Shown piece by piece: positions 33,698 through 41,597 of a DNA stretch of 64,000 nt. The translations under genes were made by a program, and so were the position numbers. Where the stretch lies: contig NZ_BRXS01000004.1 in NCBI RefSeq assembly GCF_030159095.1, forward strand, positions 179,673 to 243,672, read 5' to 3'. Numbering within the stretch: the first letter of the stretch is position 1; every line of letters starts with the position of its first letter. This stretch comes from Roseisolibacter agri (GTDB lineage Bacteria > Gemmatimonadota > Gemmatimonadetes > Gemmatimonadales > Gemmatimonadaceae). Under the pieces are notes generated by a model that worked only from the letters and a program-made list of their open reading frames with translations, did not search any database and was not told where the DNA came from.

Positions 33698-34156
33698 ATG
33701 GTCTCTCGGGAAGAACTCGAGCGCTTTCTGGACCGCCTCAGCGCCGAGGGCGTGACCTACACCGAGGTCGCGCCGGGACTCTGGCGCGTCCGCCCCGGTG
33801 GCGCCCTCGACTTCGACATCGCCGTCACCTACGCGCCGCCGGTGGTCGTGCTCCGGGCCAACGTCACCGAGCTCCCCGACGACGACGACCACTGCAACAA
33901 GCTCACGCGGCGCCTGCTCGAGCTGAACGCCACCGACCTGCTGCACGGTGCCTACGGCATCGAGCGCGACACCGTGGTGCTCAGCGAGGCCCTGGAGCTC
34001 TCGCACCTCGACTACGAGGAGTTCCAGGCCAGCTTCGAGAGCATGACCATCGCGCTCGCCTCGCACCTGCGGGAGCTCGTCGCCATCCGCGACGGCCAGG
34101 TGCACACCGGCACCCACCGCGCCGTCTCGCCCGACGCCATCCACGAGGCCCGCTGA
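33698..34156 (+). CDS. YbjN-family protein (putative sensory transduction regulator / chaperone-like fold)
   Basis: 152 aa; pattern and length match the YbjN domain; immediately upstream of pspA. Confidence 0.55.
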   Translation: MVSREELERFLDRLSAEGVTYTEVAPGLWRVRPGGALDFDIAVTYAPPVVVLRANVTELPDDDDHCNKLTRRLLELNATDLLHGAYGIERDTVVLSEALELSHLDYEEFQASFESMTIALASHLRELVAIRDGQVHTGTHRAVSPDAIHEAR

Positions 34157-34159
34157 CGC

Positions 34160-35086
34160 ATGGGCATCTTCGACCGCTTTTCCCGCCTGGTCCGGTCCAA
34201 CATCAACGATCTCATCTCCTCGGCCGAAGATCCCGAGAAGATGCTGAACACGCTGATCACGGACATGAACGATCAGCTGATCAAGGCCAAGCAGCAGGTC
34301 GCCGTCGCGATCGCCGACGAGCGGAAGCTGCGCGACCAGTTCGAGAAGGAGCGGCAGCAGGCCGCCGAGTGGGAGTCGAAGGCGGAGCTGGCCGTGCGCA
34401 GCGACCGCGACGACCTCGCGCGGCAGGCCCTCCTGCGGCAGCAGGAGTACGCCGAACGCACCGAGGCGTACTTCAGCGAGTGGCAGGCGCAGCTCGCGCA
34501 GACCGAGCAGCTCAAGGTCCAGCTGCGCGACCTCGCCGACAAGATCGAGGAGGCCAAGCGCAAGCGGAACCTGCTGCTCGCCAAGCAGCGCCGCGCCGAG
34601 GCGCAGCGCCGCATCCAGCAGACGATGTCCTCGCTGTCCGAGAAGAGCGCCTTCGAGGCGTTCGCGCGGATGGAGGAGAAGATCGAGACGAACGTCCGCA
34701 TGATCGCCGCCGAGGCGACGCTCGACTCCGAGTTCCAGGGCGACAAGCTGGAGTCGGAGTTCAAGCAGCTCGCGCGCGGCGCCGTCGGCTCGGACGCCGA
34801 CACGCGCCTGCTCGCGCTCAAGCAGAAGATGGGGATGCTGCCCGCTTCCTCGGCCTCGGCCGATCGCCAGCTGGCGGCAGGTGCCGGCAACGCCACCGCG
34901 CGCCCCGCGCTCTCCGCGGGCAGCCAGTCGGCGCCGAACGGCGCGCCCGTGCCGCCGATGAACGCGCAGCAGCAGGGCGGGCCGCAGCAGGGCGGAGCGC
35001 CCGCGCCGGGTCAGCCCAACCAGACCACCGAGGCCGAGCTGCTGGCGGAGTTCGAGGAGCTCTCGCACGGTAGGCCCAAGGGGTGA
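34160..35086 (+). CDS. pspA: PspA/IM30 family membrane-stress protein
   Basis: MGIFDRFSRLVRSNINDLISSAEDPEKMLNTLITDMNDQLIKAKQQVA... coiled coil, Gln/Pro-rich C-terminal tail. Confidence 0.9.
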   Translation: MGIFDRFSRLVRSNINDLISSAEDPEKMLNTLITDMNDQLIKAKQQVAVAIADERKLRDQFEKERQQAAEWESKAELAVRSDRDDLARQALLRQQEYAERTEAYFSEWQAQLAQTEQLKVQLRDLADKIEEAKRKRNLLLAKQRRAEAQRRIQQTMSSLSEKSAFEAFARMEEKIETNVRMIAAEATLDSEFQGDKLESEFKQLARGAVGSDADTRLLALKQKMGMLPASSASADRQLAAGAGNATARPALSAGSQSAPNGAPVPPMNAQQQGGPQQGGAPAPGQPNQTTEAELLAEFEELSHGRPKG

Positions 35087-36297
35087 CCGCTCCCGCAGTA
35101 CCCGAGGGCGCGACGCGGCGGTTCCGCTTCGCGCCCCTCCTCGCCGCGACCGTCCTGACAGTCCTGCTCCTCTGGCTGTTCGGGACGGTCGCGGACGTGT
35201 TGCTGCTGCTCTTCCTCGCTGTCCTGCTGTCGCTCTACCTCGGCGCGGTGGCCGACGCCATCACGCGCCGCACGCGGCTGCCGCGGCGCGGCTCGCTGCT
35301 GATCGCGGTGCTGCTGACGGTCGCCGGCGTCGGAGGCCTCGTCTACCTGCTCGTGCCGCCCGTCGTCGAGCAGACGCAGGCGCTGCTGCGCGTCTTCCCG
35401 GCGTACGTGGGCGCGTGGGAGCGCGGCATCTACGAGGCGGTGCGGCGCGTGCCCGGCGTGGCCGAGACGTGGCGTCCGGAGAACCACAAGCTGCTGGTGG
35501 CGATCTACGAGCAGGGCGCGGCGCTGTTCGCCGACGTCGTGCCGAAGGTCATCTCGATCGGCCACGCCGGCATCAACGTCGTCTCGGTCGGCGTGATGGC
35601 GCTCTACCTCGCGCTGCAGCCCGAGTTCTACCGCGAGTGGCTGATCGCGCTCTTCCCGCCGGTGCACCGCGACCTCGTGCGCGACGTGCTCGGGGACCTC
35701 GGCGTGACGCTGCGGTCGTGGATCGTCGGGCAGCTGCTGGGGATGTTCATCCTCGCCGCGCTGACGGCGGTCGGCCTCTACGTGCTCGGCGTGCCGTACT
35801 GGCTGACGTTCGGCGTCTTCACCGGCGCGGTGGCGATCATCCCGTTCTTCGGCACGCTGATCTCCACCATCGTGCCGGCGCTCTTCGTGCTCGCGGGCCC
35901 GAACGGCGGCACGCGCGCGATGGCGGTGATCGCGCTCGGCGTCATCATCCACGTGATCGAGGGGCAGTTCGTGCTGCCGCTCATCACGGCGCGGCGCATC
36001 CGCCGCGTGTCGGTGCCGCCGGTGCTGTCGATCATGGCCGTGCTGGTGGTCGGCAAGGTGATGGGGCCCGCGGGCCTGCTCGTCGCCGTGCCGACGCTGG
36101 CGTCGATCCTCGTCGTGATCCGCCGCATCCTCAGCAACCGGATCTACGAGGGGCAGGGCTTCCGCCGCGCCACGCGCGACCAGCCGCTCGTGCTGCGCGT
36201 GCCGCCCGCGGACGGCGAGGGCGTGCTCGTCGCGCCCACGCCGCGCGTCGATCTCATCGCGCTCGCCGAGCGCGCGCGGATGCGCCGGACCGCCTAG
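35083..36297 (+). CDS. AI-2E family transporter (PerM/UPF0118)
   Basis: 404 aa, about 8 TM helices, overlaps the pspA stop. Confidence 0.6.
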   Translation: MTAPAVPEGATRRFRFAPLLAATVLTVLLLWLFGTVADVLLLLFLAVLLSLYLGAVADAITRRTRLPRRGSLLIAVLLTVAGVGGLVYLLVPPVVEQTQALLRVFPAYVGAWERGIYEAVRRVPGVAETWRPENHKLLVAIYEQGAALFADVVPKVISIGHAGINVVSVGVMALYLALQPEFYREWLIALFPPVHRDLVRDVLGDLGVTLRSWIVGQLLGMFILAALTAVGLYVLGVPYWLTFGVFTGAVAIIPFFGTLISTIVPALFVLAGPNGGTRAMAVIALGVIIHVIEGQFVLPLITARRIRRVSVPPVLSIMAVLVVGKVMGPAGLLVAVPTLASILVVIRRILSNRIYEGQGFRRATRDQPLVLRVPPADGEGVLVAPTPRVDLIALAERARMRRTA

Positions 36298-36402
36298 CTT
36301 TCGGGCGCGCCGGCGCACCGGGCCGGCGCCGGCACGCCGCGCGTCGGATCGTCAGGCTCCGCGCGGCGGCGCGCCGCGTCCGCTCATCGACCGCTCGCCG
36401 CC

Positions 36403-37515
36403 ATGTCCGTCGATTCCGCCGCCGCTGCTGCCGGCGCGTATGCCCTCGCCGACGACCGTCCCGTGCGCTTCCTCGTGCTCGCGGACGGCCACTTCGGCCC
36501 GATGACCTCCAAGACCGCCAACGCGTGCATCCGCTACTCGCCGGATCGCGTCGTCGGCGTCGTCGATTCGGTGACCGCCGGCCGGACCACGGAGCAGGTG
36601 CTCGGCTTCGGCGGCGCGATTCCCGTCGTCGCGACGCTCGAGGAAGGGCTCGCGCTCGGGCCGACCGCGGTGCTCGTGGGCATCGCGCCCGCGGGCGGCC
36701 AGCTCCCGCAGCCGTGGCGCGAGACGATCGCCGCCGCGGCGCGCCGTGGCCTCGACGTGTGGAGCGGGCTGCACTACTTCCTGAGCGACGACCCGATGCT
36801 CGCCGACGCGGCGGCCGCCGGCGGCGCGCGCATCCTCGACCTGCGCCGTCCGCCTGCGGACCTCGTGGTGTCGACCGGCCGCGTGCGCGACGTCGCGTCG
36901 ACGGTGATCCTGACCGTCGGCTCCGACTGCAACATCGGGAAGATGACGACGCAGCTGCAGCTGCGCGACGCGATGCGCGCGCGCGGCCAGCGCGTGGCGT
37001 TCGCGCCCACCGGGCAGACGGGCATCCTCGTCGAGGGGTGGGGCATCGGCGTCGACGCGGTCGTCGCCGACTTCATCGGCGGGGCGGCCGAGCGGCTGAC
37101 GCTGCAGGGCGCGACGCAGGGCGACATCGTGCTCGTGGAGGGCCAGGGCTCGATCGTCCACCCCAGCTACTCGGGGGTGACGTACGGGCTGCTCCACGGC
37201 TCGCTGCCGCACGCGATGGTGCTCTGCCACCAGCCGTCGCGCACGACCATCTACCGCAACGACTGGGTGCCCATCCCGCCGCTGAAGGACCTGATCACGC
37301 TGCACGAGGCGGTCGCGGCGCCGCTGCGCCCCGCGCCGGTGATCGCGATCGGGTTGAACACCTTCGACCTGTCGGATGAGGATGCGCGCGCGGCGGTCGA
37401 GCGCGCGCAGGACGAGACGGGGCTGCCCGCGACGGACCCGGTGCGCTTCGATCCCGCGCCGCTGGTGGACGCGATCACGCGCTTCCACGAGGCCCGCATC
37501 GCGGCGCGCGGCTGA
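36403..37515 (+). CDS. DUF1611 domain protein (DgcN-like)
   Basis: ...VRFLVLADGHFGPMTSKTA..., P-loop-like VGSDCNIGKMTT typical of DUF1611. Confidence 0.6.
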   Translation: MSVDSAAAAAGAYALADDRPVRFLVLADGHFGPMTSKTANACIRYSPDRVVGVVDSVTAGRTTEQVLGFGGAIPVVATLEEGLALGPTAVLVGIAPAGGQLPQPWRETIAAAARRGLDVWSGLHYFLSDDPMLADAAAAGGARILDLRRPPADLVVSTGRVRDVASTVILTVGSDCNIGKMTTQLQLRDAMRARGQRVAFAPTGQTGILVEGWGIGVDAVVADFIGGAAERLTLQGATQGDIVLVEGQGSIVHPSYSGVTYGLLHGSLPHAMVLCHQPSRTTIYRNDWVPIPPLKDLITLHEAVAAPLRPAPVIAIGLNTFDLSDEDARAAVERAQDETGLPATDPVRFDPAPLVDAITRFHEARIAARG

Positions 37516-37586
37516 TCCGCGCATTCGCGCGCCGGCACGCGCGACGGTGGTACGGCCAGGAGGCACGCCCCACGCGATCGTGGAGC

Positions 37587-38129
37587 GTGCCTTCTCGTTC
37601 GTGCGTCACGACCCGATCCAGCGCCGCGCCCGGGATGCGGCTGCCCCGCGCGCCCCGCGCGCCCGCGCTGCTCGACGCGCGCGGCGTCTGGGTGCCCGGT
37701 CCCGACGGCGCGTGGCGGCTGCGCGGCGCCACGCTCGCGGCGTGGGGCGGGGAGGTGGTGTGCATCGCCGGCGCGGATGCCGGCGCGCTGCGGGCGCTGC
37801 TCGCCTGCCTGCGCGGCGCGCCGACGTGGGGCGGCGTCGTGCGCGCCCGGCCGGGGTGGTGGCGCGCCGGCCGCGCGCTCGGGCCGCTCGACGTGCGCGG
37901 CCGCTCCGCCGCCTGGCTCGCGCGGGCGGTGCGCGCCCGCGCACGACGCACGCTCGGCGGCGCGCTGGTGCTCGCGCTCACCATCGACGACCGCGCGGAG
38001 TGCTCGGCCACGGTGCATCAGGCGGTGGCGCTCGCGGCGCGGCACGTGCCGGTACGCTGCGTCGCGCTCGTCGGCGGGCGCATCGTGCCGCCGCCGCGTT
38101 CCGTTGACCCCCCTCCGGGGCGGTCCTAG
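37587..38129 (+). CDS. hypothetical protein resembling an ABC-transporter ATPase N-terminal half with degenerate Walker A (possible pseudogene or non-catalytic remnant)
   Basis: Very high GC3 supports coding. LLDARGVWVPGPDGAWRLRGATLAAWGGEVVCIAGADAGALRALLACLRG parallels L.v.nl...g....l.gvsl.v..GE.v.l.G.nGaGKSTLl..l.G but lacks the GKS/T. ...GGALVLALTIDD follows. Probable start at Met17 (37635). Confidence 0.35.
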   Translation: MPSRSCVTTRSSAAPGMRLPRAPRAPALLDARGVWVPGPDGAWRLRGATLAAWGGEVVCIAGADAGALRALLACLRGAPTWGGVVRARPGWWRAGRALGPLDVRGRSAAWLARAVRARARRTLGGALVLALTIDDRAECSATVHQAVALAARHVPVRCVALVGGRIVPPPRSVDPPPGRS

Positions 38130-38219
38130 CTTCCGGGACCCCGCCGCCCAGGCGTGGGCCCGCACGTCCTTCCCGCGCCGATGACCAACGCCACGCCGTC
38201 CGCACTGCCGGAGACCCGG

Positions 38220-39629
38220 ATGCCGGAGTTCCGGCTGTACAACACGCTCACCCGCAGCGTCGAGCCGTTCGTGCCGACGGACGGGCGCACCGTGCGCATG
38301 TACACCTGCGGGCCGACGGTCTACAACCCGGCGCACCTCGGCAACTTCCGCACGTTCCTGTTCGAGGACCTGTTCCGCCGCGCCATCGCCCTGCAGGGCT
38401 GGACGGTGCAGCAGGTCATGAACCTCACCGACGTCGACGACAAGATCATCAAGCGCGCGCTGGAGCGCGGGCTGACGATCCAGGCGCTCACCGACCCGGT
38501 CGTCGAGACGTTCCACGCGGACCGGAAGTACCTGCGCATCCAGGACGCGGAGTCGTATCCGCGCGCGACGGAGTACATCCCGCAGATGATCGCGCTCGTC
38601 GAGCGCCTGATCGCCAACGGCGTCGCGTACCAGGCCGACGACCAGTCGGTGTACTTCGCGATCGACCGCTTCCCGGGCTACGGCAAGCTGTCGCGCCTCG
38701 ACCGCCGCGAGGTGAAGAGCGGCGCGCGCGTCGCGCAGGACGAGTACTCCAAGGAGAACGCGCAGGACTTCGCGCTCTGGAAGGCGGCCAAGGAGGAGGA
38801 CGAGCGCACGGGCGCCGCGTGGGACTCGCCGTGGGGCCGCGGGCGCCCGGGCTGGCACCTCGAGTGCTCCGCCATGGCGATGGAGCTGCTCGGCGAGACG
38901 CTCGACGTGCACTGCGGCGGCGTGGACCTCGTCTTCCCGCACCACGAGGACGAGATCGCGCAGAGCGAGGGCGCGACGGGGAAGGAGTTCTCGCGCTTCT
39001 GGTGCCACGGCGCGTTCCTGCTCACCGAGGGCCAGAAGATGGCCAAGCGGCTCGGAAACGTGAGCAACGTGCAGGGGCTGCGCGACGAGGGCGTGACGGG
39101 CGCGGCCTACCGCCACGTCGTCTTCTCGACGCACTACCGCAAGGAGCTCAACCTCTCCGCCGACGCGCTGGAGGCGAGCCTCACGGCGGTGCGCCGCGTG
39201 GGCGAGTTCGCGGCCCGGCTGGCGTCGGCGACCGGTGGCACGCCCGAGCTGGCGCAGGCGGCCGCGGAGGCCGAGCGCGAGTTCCGCGCGGCGCTGGCGG
39301 ACGACCTGAACGCCCCCGAGGCGATGGCGGCGCTGTTCGTCTTCATCAAGCGCGCGAACGCGGAGCTCGACCGCCACGGCGACGACGCCGCGGCGCTGGA
39401 GGCGGCGCGGCGCGTCTTCGGGATCATCGACGGCGTGCTGGACCTCGTGCCCGAGCGCGGGGACACGGACGCCGAGCTGGCGGCGTGGGTGGACGAGCGG
39501 CTGGCGGCGCGGAAGGCGGCGCGCGCGGCGCGCGACTTCGCCGGCGCTGACGCGATCCGCGACGAGCTGCTGGCGCGCGGCATCGAGCTCAAGGACACGC
39601 CGCAGGGCACGACCTGGCAGCGCCGGTAG
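38220..39629 (+). CDS. cysS: cysteinyl-tRNA synthetase
   Basis: MPEFRLYNTLTRSVEPFVP...YTCGPTVYNPAHLGNFRT (HIGH), ...HCGGVDLVFPHHEDEIAQSE (zinc site), KMAKRLGN (KMSKS). Confidence 0.95.
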   Translation: MPEFRLYNTLTRSVEPFVPTDGRTVRMYTCGPTVYNPAHLGNFRTFLFEDLFRRAIALQGWTVQQVMNLTDVDDKIIKRALERGLTIQALTDPVVETFHADRKYLRIQDAESYPRATEYIPQMIALVERLIANGVAYQADDQSVYFAIDRFPGYGKLSRLDRREVKSGARVAQDEYSKENAQDFALWKAAKEEDERTGAAWDSPWGRGRPGWHLECSAMAMELLGETLDVHCGGVDLVFPHHEDEIAQSEGATGKEFSRFWCHGAFLLTEGQKMAKRLGNVSNVQGLRDEGVTGAAYRHVVFSTHYRKELNLSADALEASLTAVRRVGEFAARLASATGGTPELAQAAAEAEREFRAALADDLNAPEAMAALFVFIKRANAELDRHGDDAAALEAARRVFGIIDGVLDLVPERGDTDAELAAWVDERLAARKAARAARDFAGADAIRDELLARGIELKDTPQGTTWQRR

Positions 39630-39659
39630 GCGCGCTACGGTAGAATCAGGCAGGGAAGC

Positions 39660-39732
39660 GCTGGCGTAGCTCAGTTGGCAGAGCAGCCGCCTTGTAAGCG
39701 GCAGGCCGTGGGTTCGATCCCCACCGCCAGCT
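39660..39732 (+). tRNA. tRNA-Thr (anticodon TGT)
   Basis: Cloverleaf: acceptor gctggcg/cgccagc, D arm gctc-agttggcag-agc, anticodon loop cttgtaa, T arm gtggg-ttcgatc-cccac. Confidence 0.85.
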
Positions 39733-39850
39733 TCCGCCGCCACGCCCGGCCGGGCTTCGGAGCGCCGGCGTGGCGGTCGCGGCTTGAACGAGGCGCCGGG
39801 CGCGGTTACACTCCGCGTCTCGCGCGGTGACACGCAATGGCGCGCGACTG

Positions 39851-39933
39851 GGTGGGGTACCCAAGTGGCCAACGGGAGCAGACTGTAAATCTGCCGGCGA
39901 CAGCCTTCGAAGGTTCGAATCCTTCCCCCACCA
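39851..39933 (+). tRNA. tRNA-Tyr (anticodon GTA), long variable arm
   Basis: Acceptor ggtgggg/ccccacc, anticodon stem-loop gcaga-ctgtaaa-tctgc, long variable arm, T arm gaagg-ttcgaat-ccttc. Confidence 0.85.
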
Positions 39934-39985
39934 CTCCAGGACATTCGAGCAGGGCACGGCCCCGGCAGGCGGCACGCCGGGTGAC

Positions 39986-40058
39986 GCGGGAGTAGCTCAG
40001 TTGGTAGAGCGCGAGCCTTCCAAGCTTGATGTCGCGGGTTCGAGTCCCGTCTCCCGCT
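39986..40058 (+). tRNA. tRNA-Gly (anticodon TCC)
   Basis: Acceptor gcgggag/ctcccgc, anticodon loop cttccaa, T loop ttcgagt. Confidence 0.85.
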
Positions 40059-40150
40059 CTCGATGATCGACGAAGCCCGCCGGCGCTGATGCGCCGGCGG
40101 GCTTCGTCGTTCGACCACCCACGTTGTCGTCGTTGTGGTCTGGGGCCGGT

Positions 40151-40879
40151 CTACCGGCGCGCCCGACGCCCGCGCGCGAGCGCGCCGACGCCCGCCAGCC
40201 CGAGCCCGAGCAGCGTGACCGTCGTCGGCTCCGGCACCGTCGTCGGCGTCGGCGACGCCACGCCCACCACGCCGACCGTGAATCCGTGCCAGGTCTCCGG
40301 GGTCGGCACGGTCCAGCTGATCGACGAGAACGTCCCCTGGAACTGGATCACGCCGTTCCCCTCGACGCCGGTGAGCACGTTCGGCTGCAGCTGGCTCAGC
40401 GTCCCCGGGCCGCCGAACGCGCCCGGCCCGAAGCTCAGGATGTTGAACGGCTGGTTGAAGTTGTACGTGATGACGGTCGACGGCTGGCCGAGGCTCAGGA
40501 TCGCCATCACCGGGTTCACGATCGCCTGCGAGAAGGTCACCGTGTTGGTGCCGAACGTCGGCCCGCCGGTGAGCGCGATCATGTCGCACGGCGGCGGAGC
40601 GTTGGGCACCGTCGCGCTCTGGTACGTCGCGACCGGGAGCCAGTACGACGCGCCGCACCCCAACTGCGACGTCGTGTACACCTGGCCGCTGTACGACACG
40701 CCCACCGGACCGCTCGGCGCCGCGATCGTCCCCGTCGCCGAGCCCACGTTCCCGAGCGTGAGGCTGGTCCAGTCGGTCCACAGGATCTGCGCGTGCGCCA
40801 TCGCCGGCAGCCCGACGCCGCCCAGCGCGCCCGCCACCAGCAGTGCGGCCCATCTCGGCACCCTGCGTCTCCGAATCAT
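40151..40879 (-). CDS. PEP-CTERM protein
   Basis: Start MIRRRRVPRWAALLVAGALGGVGLPAMAHAQ at 40879 (signal peptide). C-terminus VPEPTTVTLLGLGLAGVGALARGRRARR. Confidence 0.75.
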   Translation of the reverse strand: MIRRRRVPRWAALLVAGALGGVGLPAMAHAQILWTDWTSLTLGNVGSATGTIAAPSGPVGVSYSGQVYTTSQLGCGASYWLPVATYQSATVPNAPPPCDMIALTGGPTFGTNTVTFSQAIVNPVMAILSLGQPSTVITYNFNQPFNILSFGPGAFGGPGTLSQLQPNVLTGVEGNGVIQFQGTFSSISWTVPTPETWHGFTVGVVGVASPTPTTVPEPTTVTLLGLGLAGVGALARGRRARR

Positions 40880-41264
40880 CGGAACGACCCTCCCCGATAG
40901 AGGTGAGTGCCCGTGGCGTCCTGTCGTCACGCCACGGCGCCGGAGCGCGGACGGATGACGGCCGCGCCCGGCTGGAGCGCGGCATCCGGTCGGTGGCACC
41001 GGCCGGCTGCCGTCGCAGCATCAGACGCGCCAGCGCGAAGCGTACGGAAGCGCACGCATGGCGAACGCCGCCGTCCTCCGGCGCACGCGCGCATGCCACG
41101 AGTCACCAACTGCTACTTGCACGACCACGGCTCGCGCTGCATGTCGGGACGTGCGCACGCGTCGCGCGTTCGCGGACGGGAGCTCAGCGTGTTCCCTGAT
41201 ACCGCACGCGCGCGCGGCCCTGCACCATTCGTCGAGCGCTGTTCCGCCGAGACCGGAGGAAGTC

Positions 41265-41579
41265 ATGAGTCCATTCCCGCCCGATCGCCCCGACGCGTTC
41301 GCGTCCAATGCGTTCGCCACGGACCGACCGATCGATCCGCGGCCGTACACGCTCGCCGACGTGAGCCCCGGCGACACGGTCGTCGTCCGCAACGTCTCGC
41401 CTGCGATGCGCGACCTGCTCGCGGACTTCGGCGTGCGCGAGGGAGAGCGGCTGCTCTGCGAGTCGACGATGGAGCACGTCGTCGTGCGGACCGCGGACGG
41501 CAGCGTCCCGCTCGAGCGCGGCGTGCTGCCTTCGGTGTCCGTCAGCCGCGTCGACGACGCTCCGGCCGCGGGCGCCTGA
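41265..41579 (+). CDS. stand-alone FeoA-like (SH3-like) small protein
   Basis: RBS ggagga. ...YTLADVSPGDTVVVRNVSPAMRDLLADFGVREGERLLCESTMEHVVVRTADGSVPLERGVLPSVSV fits the FeoA domain pattern (L.dl.pG....V....lrrL...Gl.pG..v.........P.........l.lr...A..I.V). No feoB nearby. Confidence 0.5.
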   Translation: MSPFPPDRPDAFASNAFATDRPIDPRPYTLADVSPGDTVVVRNVSPAMRDLLADFGVREGERLLCESTMEHVVVRTADGSVPLERGVLPSVSVSRVDDAPAAGA

Positions 41580-41597
41580 CCCGCGGCCGCTCGCCGA

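Noticed and set aside
37251-41099. 1282-aa minus-strand ORF
   Set aside because: It crosses three tRNA genes and cysS antisense, which is implausible as a gene.
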